Positions 27,320-37,248 are shown, counted from the first letter of the whole stretch. The stretch: DNA of 63,257 bases, filler included, from an uncultured bacterium (GCA_964372275.1; 6 parts of 6 records of this genome joined end to end with filler, not necessarily neighbours in it), one strand, 5' to 3'. The notes: a model not told the origin generated them from the letters alone. Made by a program: numbers and translations.

Positions 27320-27699
27320 GCCGACTCCGAGGATCGGCGGCCGTCGAGGAGTTGCCGCCACGTCGACCGGAGGGCGACGAGAAGGCGTTCCGCCTCGTCC
27401 AACCGATCGGCGTCGCCGGAAAGGTTCGTCTCGACCAGACGTCGGGCGATGCGGGAATAGAGGACACGGAGTCTCTCGGCCAACTCGGGAGCGGGCGCCG
27501 GATCGAGGCTGGTCGACAGGTGGTGCACGATGGCCAGCGATCGAGCGATGTTCTCCGCGGCGTCGGCGCGCCGACGAGTCGCGAGGGCCGTCCGCGCGCG
27601 CGCGAGCGATCGGATGGCCCCGTCGAACAGGGCGACGACGATTCCGAGCGGCGACGCGGTCGCCAGGTCGTGCTCGCGATAGCTCTGGCTCCGCTCCAC
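27316..27699 (-). CDS. fliS: Flagellin export chaperone FliS (copy 1)
   Basis: SYREHDLATASPLGIVVALFDGAI, SLAIVHHLSTSLD, LY, LVETN, LRSTW. Confidence 0.9.
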   Translation of the reverse strand: MERSQSYREHDLATASPLGIVVALFDGAIRSLARARTALATRRRADAAENIARSLAIVHHLSTSLDPAPAPELAERLRVLYSRIARRLVETNLSGDADRLDEAERLLVALRSTWRQLLDGRRSSESA

Positions 27700-27708
27700 C
27701 TCGAGCTC

Positions 27709-29019
27709 CTAGTAGCGATTGAGCGCGATCAGCGAATCGCTCTGCTGGCGCATCTTCGCCATCGTCGTTTCGAGTCTTCCGAACTTGTCCTGGAGCTCCT
27801 GGCGGCGCTTCTCCAGGCGCTTCTCCCATTGGTCGATCTCCCGTCCGAGGGAGGTCGACTGTCGCCGCAGAGCCGCCGCTCGCAGGGCCAGTTCGCCGCT
27901 GGACGGGTCGATCAGCGACTTGACGGAATCCTTCAGCGTCTTGACCAGACCCTGGGTGTCGGAGACGAAGGTGATCACTTCGTCTTCCCGGTCCTCGAGG
28001 GCCTTCTTGAACTTGGCGGCATCGAGCTTGAGCGAGCCGTCGCGTTCGGACTTCATTCCGATCTCGCTGATCGTCTCGATCCCGCCGGCCTGACCGGACG
28101 TCGCGAGGGCGTTCCGGAGTGCGGAGAGGACCGAGCGCGCCTTCGTCTCGCCGGCCAAGCCGCCGCCGGAGGCGACCTCTTTCGCGGCGAGGGAGCGGGC
28201 GTCGTTGTAAGCGTCGACGATCGCCTTCATCCGGTTGTAGGCGGTATCGACGTCCGGCTGCACGGAGAAGTTGTAGACCTTGGGAGTCGTGGTCTCCGTC
28301 AGGTGGATCGTCACGCCGGAAAGGAAGTTGGTGATGTCGTTGCTCGGGCTGTAGACCTCGACCCCGTCGATCTCGACGCGCGAGTCGGCGGCGGCGACCT
28401 TCTGGGTGAAGGTGATCCCGGAGCCTCCGGAGAGACCGGAGTCGTCGATCACCACGGTGTTGGCGGCGCCGGAGTTGTCTGCGTACACCAGCAGACGGTA
28501 CGGGTCCCCCGCGCCGTCGTTGATCACGGTGGCGGTGACGCCGATGTCCGCCCCGTTGATCGCGTTCCGGATCCCGACCAGACTGTCCTGGCCGGGTCCG
28601 ATGGTGATCGTGTACGGCGTGCCGGCGACGGTGATGTCGATCGATCCGGTGCCGATCCCCGTCGCCGTGTCGGAGGCGAAGTCCTCCGACAGCTCGGTAT
28701 CGCGGGCCGCGAGGCTGATCACCTTGAGGGTGTGCGTGCCGGTCGCCGCGCCGTCCTTGACCTCGATCGTCGCTCCCGCCGTCGGGTTCGTCGCCTTGCG
28801 CGTCGCGAGACCGGTCGTGTTGTTGAGTGGATCGAGGCTCGTCGAGAAGGCGCGAACCTTGGCCGCGAGGCTGTCGAAGGTCTTCGCCCGATTGTCGACG
28901 TCCGCCTGCTTCGCCCGCAGGCGGTCCTGGGGAATCTTCTCGGAATTGAGGATGGCGTCGATGATCGCCTTGGTGTCCAGGCCGCTGATGACGCCGCCGA
29001 AATTTACCGCCGAGCTCAA
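27709..29019 (-). CDS. fliD: Flagellar filament cap protein
   Basis: TTG 29019; FGGVISGLDTKAIIDAIL, IRNAIN, SNDITNFLSGVTIHL, DGSLKLD..KFKKAL, KFGRLE. Confidence 0.93.
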   Translation of the reverse strand: MSSAVNFGGVISGLDTKAIIDAILNSEKIPQDRLRAKQADVDNRAKTFDSLAAKVRAFSTSLDPLNNTTGLATRKATNPTAGATIEVKDGAATGTHTLKVISLAARDTELSEDFASDTATGIGTGSIDITVAGTPYTITIGPGQDSLVGIRNAINGADIGVTATVINDGAGDPYRLLVYADNSGAANTVVIDDSGLSGGSGITFTQKVAAADSRVEIDGVEVYSPSNDITNFLSGVTIHLTETTTPKVYNFSVQPDVDTAYNRMKAIVDAYNDARSLAAKEVASGGGLAGETKARSVLSALRNALATSGQAGGIETISEIGMKSERDGSLKLDAAKFKKALEDREDEVITFVSDTQGLVKTLKDSVKSLIDPSSGELALRAAALRRQSTSLGREIDQWEKRLEKRRQELQDKFGRLETTMAKMRQQSDSLIALNRY

Positions 29020-31055
29020 GCGCCCTCCGACGCAGCGGCCGCTCCGACCGCGATTCCGGCGGGCGCCATCGCCGACTCTTCGGTCCCCGCTTCCCGCAGG
29101 ACCCCGAGAGTCTTGACGAGATCGGGTCGGATCCTCGCGGCGATCGAGGTGACGACGGTATAGAGCCGTTCGGACGCATCGAGATTCTCGCGAATCGAAC
29201 GAGCCTCCTCGTTCGCTTCCAGCGCCTCGCGGATGTCCTTCTGCTCGATCATCGACGCGAAGACCATCGGCTTGAGCGCGGTGACCAGCTCCTTTTCCAA
29301 CGAGGAGAGCTTCGGCAGCAGATCGGGTCGGCGGCGCGCCTTCTGGGCCGCGCGCGAGCATCGGGAGGCGAGGGAGGCGCTCCGGTCGACGGAGGTCAAG
29401 AGGGTCTCCGCTTGTGCCAGCATGCGCGAATACCGGTCGGCCCGGTCGACGCCGCGAACGACGCCATCGAGGACCGATTCCACGTCCACCGTCTCCGATG
29501 CGTTCTCGGCGATCACCCGGGCCAGCGGAAGGTGTTCGAAGCCTTTGATGAAGGCCCCCCCCTCGGTGCAATTGAGGAGGCGCACGTGCGGGTGCTGGGT
29601 CGCCATCGCCTGGAACCACCGCAAGAAGAGGTAGTAGGCGAACATCGTCTGCACCGTTCCACCGTTCGCCCCGGGAACCTCCATGTGGCGCAGGTTCGGC
29701 GTTCCCCGCTTCAGGTAGCGCGTCGTCTCCATGAGCTCGGTCTGCTGGCCCGTGAAGTGGCCGACGTTCCTGCCGTCGGAGACGAATCGCTGCCCGCCGT
29801 CGACGCAGGAGTCGACGTAGACCTTGCCCTCCTCGAACGCGAGATCCTGGCCGACGAGGATGATCGGGTTGCAGGCCATCTGCAGGGCGAGCGCGAAGGC
29901 GGAACAGGAAACCGAACCGCCGCTGCCGACGACGGGATTGTCGTCCAGGCAGCCGTAGGCCCATGCGTCGGCCGAGTTCGCCGCCATCGTGACGAAGCGC
30001 CGCGCCGGCAGCTCGTAGAGCCCGGGAAAACAGGTCGCCCCGAGCACGACCGCTCCCACCTGGTCGACGTTCGAATCCTTGAAGAAATAGCGGACGTCCT
30101 GTGGATCCACGTTCATCACCAGGTCGGGAACGACCCCCGCCTTGGTGAGGGCGGAGATCGCGTGGCTCACCGAGATGATGACCGCCTTCCCCTTCAGCTG
30201 GCGCAACTGCTCGACGTTCTTCCGGAGGGACGGTCCGGGCGAGACGATCACGCAAGGGCGGTTCTCGAACGCTCCACGAAGGACGGTCGTGGTGGGCCAT
30301 TTCGCCACGTGCGGGAGGTTCACGACGCCCTGGATCGCCCACAGCTCGCCGAGGAACTCGACGGTCGATCGGCCCGCCTGCGCGGCCATCGCCCCGTCCT
30401 TGGCCGCTTCAGCGGATTCGCGAAGAATCTCCTCGTCGGGTTCGCCGAGGCAGAACGACTTCACCCGCTTGATCCACGGAAAGGGCACGTGCGCGACGGC
30501 ATTCCGAAGCTCGATGTAGTTTCCCGCGACCAGGACGTCGCTCGGGACGCTTTGCGTGAGCTCGCGAAGCTGTTCCGGGGAGCCGTCGGGGACCAGGATC
30601 GCGACCCGTTCGTGGCCGCGGGCGATCACTTCGCGCGCGAGTGGACCCGCGCCGGCCCCGATGAGGACGACCAGGTCGCAGTCGCTCTCGAAGTCGACGG
30701 GCACCACCACGTCGGCGATCAGCGCCGTTCCCGCCTCGGTTGCGAGCAGCTCGGCGGCCGGCGGAAGCGGGCGTTTGGCCCACTCGGCGAAGTGCCGGAG
30801 ACCTTCGTTGATCGCCTTGGTGACCTCGTTGATCGAAAGGATCAGGTCGATCCCATCGACGGTCAGCGGGATCTTGGCGTCCTTCGCGGCCGCCTTCGCC
30901 TTCTTGAGCAGCCGCTGGTTTTTCCGCAGGTCGACGATCGACCGTCGGATCGACTCCAGGTCGTTCGCGTCGATCCCCCCGCGAATCGATTCGAGCGCAC
31001 GCAGCACGTCGACCAGGCGCTCGCAAACGGCTTCCTGCGACTTGAGGCTTGCCAT
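29016..31055 (-). CDS. Motility-associated factor (Maf/DUF115) flagellin glycosyltransferase-like protein
   Basis: VIVSPGPSL.KN, GVVPDLV..VDP, GGSVSC.A..LA, PIILVGQDLAF, NCTEGGA.I.G; located in a flagellin cluster. Confidence 0.85.
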   Translation of the reverse strand: MASLKSQEAVCERLVDVLRALESIRGGIDANDLESIRRSIVDLRKNQRLLKKAKAAAKDAKIPLTVDGIDLILSINEVTKAINEGLRHFAEWAKRPLPPAAELLATEAGTALIADVVVPVDFESDCDLVVLIGAGAGPLAREVIARGHERVAILVPDGSPEQLRELTQSVPSDVLVAGNYIELRNAVAHVPFPWIKRVKSFCLGEPDEEILRESAEAAKDGAMAAQAGRSTVEFLGELWAIQGVVNLPHVAKWPTTTVLRGAFENRPCVIVSPGPSLRKNVEQLRQLKGKAVIISVSHAISALTKAGVVPDLVMNVDPQDVRYFFKDSNVDQVGAVVLGATCFPGLYELPARRFVTMAANSADAWAYGCLDDNPVVGSGGSVSCSAFALALQMACNPIILVGQDLAFEEGKVYVDSCVDGGQRFVSDGRNVGHFTGQQTELMETTRYLKRGTPNLRHMEVPGANGGTVQTMFAYYLFLRWFQAMATQHPHVRLLNCTEGGAFIKGFEHLPLARVIAENASETVDVESVLDGVVRGVDRADRYSRMLAQAETLLTSVDRSASLASRCSRAAQKARRRPDLLPKLSSLEKELVTALKPMVFASMIEQKDIREALEANEEARSIRENLDASERLYTVVTSIAARIRPDLVKTLGVLREAGTEESAMAPAGIAVGAAAASEGA

Positions 31056-31170
31056 GGAGCCCAGGTCTGCAGGGAATGTGCCCGATAAATCGAGCGAATA
31101 TCGCTGATTCGACGGAGATCGAAAGAGGGGGGCGTCACGCCTTTGACGGTGACGCGTCAATCACTCCGGA

Positions 31171-32055
31171 TCAGCGGAGGAAATCGAGCAGAGACAGGTC
31201 GGTCGTCCGTCCGATCGAGGCATACACCGCGCGAAGGGCGGCCTCCTGGCTGGCGATCGCCGATGCCGTCTCCGCCATGTCGGCGCCCACCGCCGAATCG
31301 CGCCGCTCGAGGTTCGCGGTCACCTGGCTCTCCAGCACGTCGCGCAGCCGGACGATGCGTGCGGCCGTGGTGTTCGCGACACCTTGGCCCGACAACGCCG
31401 CACCGAATGCGGTATCCAGCGCGCCGATGGTCGCCCGCACGTTGTCGTTCTGGTTCGATTGCAGAGCCGTGACCAGCGCCATCAGCGCACCGACCACGTT
31501 GCCTTCGCCGGCGCCGTTGCCGAAGACGGGGCTTCCGGCGACGGCGACGTCGACCCGCAGGCCGTCTCCCATCTCGAGTTCGAACGGGCTCGCATCTCCG
31601 GCGTAGACGCCGGCGCCGTTGACGGGAGCGGTGGCGGAGGCTCCGCCGAAAATGTATCGGCCGTCGATCTGGGTGTTCGCCAGGCGGATCGCTTCGTCCA
31701 CCAGCGCCTGGACCTCGATCGCGCCCACGTTGAAGTCCGAGGGATCGCTGAGCGTGGAGTTGGAGAACTGGATCGCAAGCTCCTTCGCTCGGACAACGAG
31801 CTGGGAGACGTCGTGCAGGACTTCGCTCGACTGCTCCGCGAACCGGAGTCCCGCCGAGACGTTTCGGAGGTAGTTCTCCTGGCGGAATCGCGCGGCATCG
31901 ATGCGAGCCACGTCGTCGGCGACGGAGGGATCGTCCGAGACCTTTCGGATCCGCTCGCCGGTGCTGACCCGCTCGGTGAGTACGCTCAGTCCCTTGCGCA
32001 GGTCGCGCGCCCGAAGCACCAGGCTGGCAGCGATGTTCGAGGTCGTCACGCGCAT
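31171..32055 (-). CDS. flgL: Flagellar hook-filament junction protein FlgL
   Basis: MRVT, VSTGERIRKVSDDPS, ANTQIDGRYIFGG, ADMAE, LSLLDFLR. Confidence 0.93.
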   Translation of the reverse strand: MRVTTSNIAASLVLRARDLRKGLSVLTERVSTGERIRKVSDDPSVADDVARIDAARFRQENYLRNVSAGLRFAEQSSEVLHDVSQLVVRAKELAIQFSNSTLSDPSDFNVGAIEVQALVDEAIRLANTQIDGRYIFGGASATAPVNGAGVYAGDASPFELEMGDGLRVDVAVAGSPVFGNGAGEGNVVGALMALVTALQSNQNDNVRATIGALDTAFGAALSGQGVANTTAARIVRLRDVLESQVTANLERRDSAVGADMAETASAIASQEAALRAVYASIGRTTDLSLLDFLR

Positions 32056-32059
32056 GACG

Positions 32060-33039
32060 TCAGGCTCCGATGCTCAGCAGTGTGTCGAACATCTGGTCCG
32101 CGATCTGGATGACCCGGGCGGCCGCCTCGAACGAGCGCTGTGCGGAGATGAGCTCGACCGACTCGGCGTCGGGATCGATCCCCGCCGCCTCCCGGAGCCG
32201 ATCGTCCAGCGCCCGCGCGAGCGTCGCTGTCGTATCCGCCTCGGCCGCGGACGCCGCCGCGGCGATGCCGACCGCCGATCCGACGGCGTAGGCCAGCTCG
32301 GCGGGGGTCGACCCCGACGCGAGCGGGGTCGTCTCCAGGGCGAGAATCTGGTTCATCACCGAGTTGTCGTTCGGAAGAGCGGCCGCGGAGGACGCGGCGA
32401 TCTTCTTCGGATCGCCGAGGACCGTCGGATCGACCGCGAAGGTGAGGGCGGCGCCGGCTTCGACGGCCGCGGGCACGAACAGGTTCAGTCCCGTCGTGCC
32501 GTCGAGACCGAATCCGACGGAGTGAGCGCCGTTCGCGGCGTTGGCGAACTCGAAGGCGAACTTGTCCAGCGCGGCCATCGCGGTCGTCAGGTCGGTATCG
32601 CGATACTTCACCAATCCCGCGATCTCGCCGTTCACCGTCGTTTCCGCCTGGGCCAGCGTCAGCGTCCTCGCCGTGCTCCCGTTGACCAGCTCGGCGTTGC
32701 CCGCGGTCATCACCAGGATCCGGTCGTTCGGCTGTTCCAGCACGTGGATGTCGATCTTCTGCGCCAGATCCGCCAGCGCCTCGCGCCGGGAGGCGAGCAG
32801 GCCGCTGGTGTCGGTGCCGGTGGCGGTCGCGCTCGCCAGCTGCTTCTCGATGTCGGCGAGACGCTGGGCCAGATCGTTCACCCGGTCGACGTCGGCCTTG
32901 ATCTGCTCGTTGATGGTGAAGATCTCCGCGTTGATCCCGGTCGCGTAGTCGCGGACGCGCGACGCGAGCAGGTCGGCCTGGGCAATCGCGTTGGTGCGAA
33001 GCGCAAGGTCGGTCGGGCTGCCGGAAACCGAATGGAAGG
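32060..33039 (-). CDS. flgK: Flagellar hook-associated protein FlgK, C-terminal part
   Basis: Frame open to the gap; GEIAGLV, N.AH..GFGLDG, GIDPDAESVELISAQRSFEAAARVIQIADQMFDTLL. Confidence 0.9.
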
Positions 33040-33139
33040 NNNNNNNNNNNNNNNNNNNNNNNNNNNNNNNNNNNNNNNNNNNNTTAATTAATTAANNNNN
33101 NNNNNNNNNNNNNNNNNNNNNNNNNNNNNNNNNNNNNNN
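33040..33139. other. Artificial contig spacer
   Basis: N run with TTAATTAATTAA. Confidence 0.99.
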
Positions 33140-33204
33140 CGGCGCCCACCGAGATCTACCCGCCATATAACACACTCTTTCCCCCCACGACGCTCTTCCG
33201 ATCT
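33140..33204 (+). other. Illumina TruSeq P5/i5 adapter remnant (assembly artefact)
   Basis: CGGCGcCCACCGAGATCTACcC-[GCCATATAAC]-ACACTCTTTCCCccCACGACGCTCTTCCGATCT matches the P5 adapter with a few miscalls. Confidence 0.97.
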
Positions 33205-33443
33205 ACCGGATCGATCTTCTCGTCGGTCCAGCGGACGAAGATCTCGGGCGCCGGCGCGTCGAGAGCGGGAGACGCTTCGAGCAGCGCCCTCTCGCAGGAA
33301 GCCGGATCGACGCGTCTCGATTCGCCGGAGACGGCCGCGCCGGCCACCTCCCGGATCAGCGCCTCGACGACCGGCTCGGGCGGTCCGCCCCCGCACGGCT
33401 GGGCGCGTCCGGTTCCCGGTCCGGCGGCGATCGCCGCCGCCAT
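33205..33443 (-). CDS. Hypothetical exported protein, N-terminal fragment ending at the adapter
   Basis: MAAAIAAGPGTGRAQPCGGGPPEPVVEALIREV...FVRWTDEKIDPV then adapter-derived sequence; start uncertain. Confidence 0.4.
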
Positions 33444-33663
33444 CGCGAGGACGCGGGGCGCCGGCGGCCACGAGAACGTGCCGGCCGAACGTCGATTCAG
33501 GGATTGCTCACGCGCGTCCACCGCCGCGCGCAAAGCAAGGCGAGTGCCGGATCGACGACGCGGTAAGCCGAGCGGCCGCGAGGCCTCGACGGAGGCGCAC
33601 CGGAACGCCGGGACATCCAGGAACCACCCGAGCGGATCGCTTGGACGCCGGCGGTCCGGATCC

Positions 33664-34539
33664 TCACCCCGCCCGCATCGCGGAGTCCGCCGTCGCAACA
33701 AGTCGTTCGCTCACCTCCCACAGCCGGCGCGCGTTCGAATCGTCCCTCGACGCGCGGGAGGGCTTGGTCTCCGCGTTCTTGTCGTAGTAGCCGCCGGACT
33801 TCCCTTCGACCGCCGGATCGGCGGCGAGGAAGACGATCCGCTCGCCCCCTTGCGCCGGCGTCAGCATGAACCATTTCGCCACCTCCAGGATCGGGCGGGC
33901 GTACCACGGCGCGCCGGTCCAGATGCCCGTAGCGACGGCGCCGGGATGGAGGCAGTTGGCGGTGACGCCGGTCCCCGCGAGGCGCCGGGCCAGCTCCCGG
34001 GTGAAGAGCACGTTCGCCAGCTTCGAGCGGTTGTAGGCCCGCATGATGAAGTACCCGCCCCGCTCGTACTGCAGATTCTCGAAGTCGAGGTCCCCCTGGT
34101 AGTGGCCGATGCTGGCGACGGTGACGATCCGTGACGGAGCGCTCTTCCGCAGGAGGTCGACCAGGAGATTCGTCAGCAGGAAGGGGGCGAGGTGGTTGAC
34201 GGCGAAGGTCTGCTCCAGGCCGTCGACCGTGAGGCGCCGCGTGGTGCTGACCCCGCCGGCGTTGTTCACCAACACGTCGAGTCGACCGTGCTTGGCGCGG
34301 AACTCCTCCGCGAGGAGCCTCACCGCCGCGAGCGATGACAGGTCGTGCAACAGCAGCGATGACGACGACGACCCCGAGCGCCGCCGGACCTCCTCGAGCG
34401 CGCGTGCCCCCTTCGCCGCGTCACGCGCCACCATCACCACCTCGGCCCCGCGCGCCGCGAGCGTCACGCACGTTTCCAGCCCGATCCCCGAGCTGGCGCC
34501 GGTCACCAGGATCGTCTTGCCCCCGAGGTCGGTGCCCAT
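33664..34539 (-). CDS. SDR family oxidoreductase (retinol dehydrogenase-like)
   Basis: TGASSGIG, NNAG, FAVNHLAPFLLT, YNRSK, LHPGAVAT. Confidence 0.93.
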   Translation of the reverse strand: MGTDLGGKTILVTGASSGIGLETCVTLAARGAEVVMVARDAAKGARALEEVRRRSGSSSSSLLLHDLSSLAAVRLLAEEFRAKHGRLDVLVNNAGGVSTTRRLTVDGLEQTFAVNHLAPFLLTNLLVDLLRKSAPSRIVTVASIGHYQGDLDFENLQYERGGYFIMRAYNRSKLANVLFTRELARRLAGTGVTANCLHPGAVATGIWTGAPWYARPILEVAKWFMLTPAQGGERIVFLAADPAVEGKSGGYYDKNAETKPSRASRDDSNARRLWEVSERLVATADSAMRAG

Positions 34540-34557
34540 GGCCGCCGATGATATCGT

Positions 34558-35781
34558 GTGCCGGTGCGATTCCTGCTGATCTCCGCCGGCGTCGGCGGCG
34601 GCCACGTGCGCGCGGCTCAGGCCCTGGAGAAGGCGTTCGCGCGTCACCGCCCGCAGGACGAGGTGCGGCACGTCGACGCCTTGGACTTCGTCACCGACGC
34701 CATGCGCGCCGCCTACGTCGTTCCCTACCTGAACCTGGTGAACTTCGTCCCCGAGCTGTGGGGCTACCTCTACAAGCGCAGCAGCGAAAAGGGGATCGAC
34801 TCCAAGACCAGCCGCATCCGGTCGATCGCCACCAAGGTGAACAGCGGGAAGCTCAAGAAGCTGATCGGCGAGTACCGGCCCGATCACATCCTGGCGACGC
34901 ACTTCCTCCCGCTCGACGCCCTCACCACCAAGGGGGGCGCGCGGAAGTGGCCCTCGATTCCGGTCACGACCGTCATCACCGACTACGCCGTCCACTCCTT
35001 CTGGCTGCGGGCCTGGGTCGACCGCTACTTCGTCGCCACCGACGAGTGCGCGGCGGCGCTGACGCGCCGGGGGTTCGACCGCTCGCGCGTCCAGGTGACC
35101 GGGCTGCCGACCGATCCCGCTTTCTCGGAGGCCGCGGCGCGGCTCGACGCGGTCGACCGCCTGTCGTCGGACGAAGGCTCGGCGCGACCCGCCGGCCGGC
35201 CGCTCGGATTCGCCAGCGAGGGGGGGCGGCAGCTTCGGGTGCTGCTGATGGGCGGCGGTTTCGGGGTCGGCCACATGGTGGAGGCGGCGCGGGCGATCCT
35301 CGGGATCCGCACCGAGCGAGGGCCCGGTCGCGCGGTGCACCTGACCGCCGTCGCCGGCCGGAACGAGGAGACGCGCGTGGCGCTCGAGGCGCTCGCCGTC
35401 CCGCCGATCGCGCGCCTCAAGGTGCTGGGCTTCATCGACGACGTGCAGGAGGAGATGGCCCGCGCCGACGTGCTGGTGAGCAAGGCGGGCGGGCTGACCG
35501 TCACCGAGGCGCTGGTGATGGGGCTGCCGATGCTGCTCCTCGATCCGATCCCCGGCCAGGAGGAGCACAACGCCGACCTTCTCCTCGAAGAGGGGGCGGC
35601 GAAGAAGGTCGGCAGCCTCGACAGCCTGGAGTTCAAGCTCGACCGGGCGCTGCGCGATCCCGGATGGCTCGCGCGCATGCGCGAACGGGCGCGGGCAATC
35701 CGCCGGCCGCACGCCGCGCGCGACATCCTCGAGGCCGCGGCGACGATCCGTCCGCGGACCCACCTGGAGATCGGCGAGTGA
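34558..35781 (+). CDS. MGDG-synthase/UgtP family glycosyltransferase (GT28)
   Basis: GGGHVRAAQAL, THF, VITDY..HSFW, TGLP, MGGG.GVG, KAGGLT.TEA, PIPGQEE.NA. Confidence 0.9.
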   Translation: MPVRFLLISAGVGGGHVRAAQALEKAFARHRPQDEVRHVDALDFVTDAMRAAYVVPYLNLVNFVPELWGYLYKRSSEKGIDSKTSRIRSIATKVNSGKLKKLIGEYRPDHILATHFLPLDALTTKGGARKWPSIPVTTVITDYAVHSFWLRAWVDRYFVATDECAAALTRRGFDRSRVQVTGLPTDPAFSEAAARLDAVDRLSSDEGSARPAGRPLGFASEGGRQLRVLLMGGGFGVGHMVEAARAILGIRTERGPGRAVHLTAVAGRNEETRVALEALAVPPIARLKVLGFIDDVQEEMARADVLVSKAGGLTVTEALVMGLPMLLLDPIPGQEEHNADLLLEEGAAKKVGSLDSLEFKLDRALRDPGWLARMRERARAIRRPHAARDILEAAATIRPRTHLEIGE

Positions 35782-37217
35782 CGCTGCCCGACCGGCTGCG
35801 GCGGCTGTTCCGCGAGGCGGTGGCGCTGTGCGATCCGGAGCGGCTGACGGGGGCGGCGCTGGTGCGCGACGGCGACCTGCTGGAGGTCGTTCGGCACCGT
35901 TACACGACCGCGCAGGCGGCCGACGGCGGCCCGACGCCGCGGTTGGCGAGGGTCGACGAAGGCGGGTCGACGCTCGGCCTGTCGCTCCAGGGGGGACGTG
36001 TCGCGGTCCTCTGCGCCGGGAAAGCGGCGGTCGGACAGGCGACCGCGATCCACGCCGCGCTCCGCGATCGGATCGACCGGGGACTCGTCGTCGTGCCGGC
36101 CGACGCCGCGATCGATGCCGGAGCCCCGGCGCCGCTCTCCGTCCTGCGCGCGTCGCATCCGCTGCCCGACGCCGCATCGGTGCAGGCGGCGCGGGCCGCG
36201 TTGGAGCTCGCCGGTTCGCTCGGGATCGACGATGTGCTCGTGTGCGGGATCTCCGGCGGCACCTCCGCGCTTCTCGCGCTGCCGGCGGAGGGGCTCTCGC
36301 TCGCCGACAAGGAGGCGACGACGCGGCTCCTGCTCACCAGCGGCGCCGACATCGGCGAGATCAACGCGGTTCGGAAACACCTCTCCCGGATCAAGGGGGG
36401 ACGGCTCGCGACGGCGACCCGTGCCTCCATCCTCGGCCTCCTCCTCTCCGACGTGGCCGGCGATCCGCCGGACGTCGTCGGCAGCGGACCGGTCTCCCCC
36501 GACCCGACCACCTTCGCCGACGCGCTGGCCGTCCTGGACCGTCGCGGGATCGCGGAGGCCGTTCCGTCCTCGGTGCGCGCGCACCTCGAAGCCGGCCGGC
36601 GCGGGGAGATCGACGAGACGCCCAAGGGGGACGACGCCGTCTTCGCCCGGTGCAAGACGTTGGTGATCGCCGGGCCGGAGCACCTTCGTTCGGCCGCCGT
36701 CGCGCTCGCCGCCCGGTCCGGCTTCGCGGGGGCCGGAACCGAGCCCGCGTCGGCGGGAATGCCCGCCGAGGAGCTCGCGAAACGGATCGGCGCGTGCGCT
36801 CGCGGGGCTCGGGAGCGCCCTCGGAGGCCGGGCGCGGAGAACGCGCCGGGAGGTGCGACGGCGACGTCGAAGCCTTCGATCTTCGTCTGGGTACGCGAGC
36901 CGTCGGTCGCCGTTGCCGGTTCGGGACGCGGCGGCCGCAACGGGCATCTGGCGCTGGCGGTCGCCAAGGAGATCGCCGGGCTCCCGGGGGTCGCCTTCCT
37001 CTCCGCCGGGTCGGACGGCATAGACGGCGACACGCGCGCCGCCGGCGCGGTGGTCGACGGCGAGACCTGGTCCCGCGCGCTCTCCGCCGGCCTCGAGCCG
37101 GCGCGCGCGCTCGCGACGTTCGATTCGGGGCCGTTCCACGAAGCGGCGGGAACCGCGATCGTCACCGGCCGCACCGGCACCAACTTCATGGACCTGCAGC
37201 TTCTCGCCGTCGAATGA
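35778..37217 (+). CDS. Glycerate kinase type 2 (DUF4147/MOFRL)
   Basis: GKAA, ASHPLPD, ISGGTSAL, GADIGEINAVRKHLSRIKGG, SDV.GD, GSGP, GRGGRN, SDGIDG, TGTN.MD. Confidence 0.92.
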   Translation: MTLPDRLRRLFREAVALCDPERLTGAALVRDGDLLEVVRHRYTTAQAADGGPTPRLARVDEGGSTLGLSLQGGRVAVLCAGKAAVGQATAIHAALRDRIDRGLVVVPADAAIDAGAPAPLSVLRASHPLPDAASVQAARAALELAGSLGIDDVLVCGISGGTSALLALPAEGLSLADKEATTRLLLTSGADIGEINAVRKHLSRIKGGRLATATRASILGLLLSDVAGDPPDVVGSGPVSPDPTTFADALAVLDRRGIAEAVPSSVRAHLEAGRRGEIDETPKGDDAVFARCKTLVIAGPEHLRSAAVALAARSGFAGAGTEPASAGMPAEELAKRIGACARGARERPRRPGAENAPGGATATSKPSIFVWVREPSVAVAGSGRGGRNGHLALAVAKEIAGLPGVAFLSAGSDGIDGDTRAAGAVVDGETWSRALSAGLEPARALATFDSGPFHEAAGTAIVTGRTGTNFMDLQLLAVE

Positions 37218-37248
37218 TCGCGAACCTCCCCGCAGCGACGAGGCGCTC

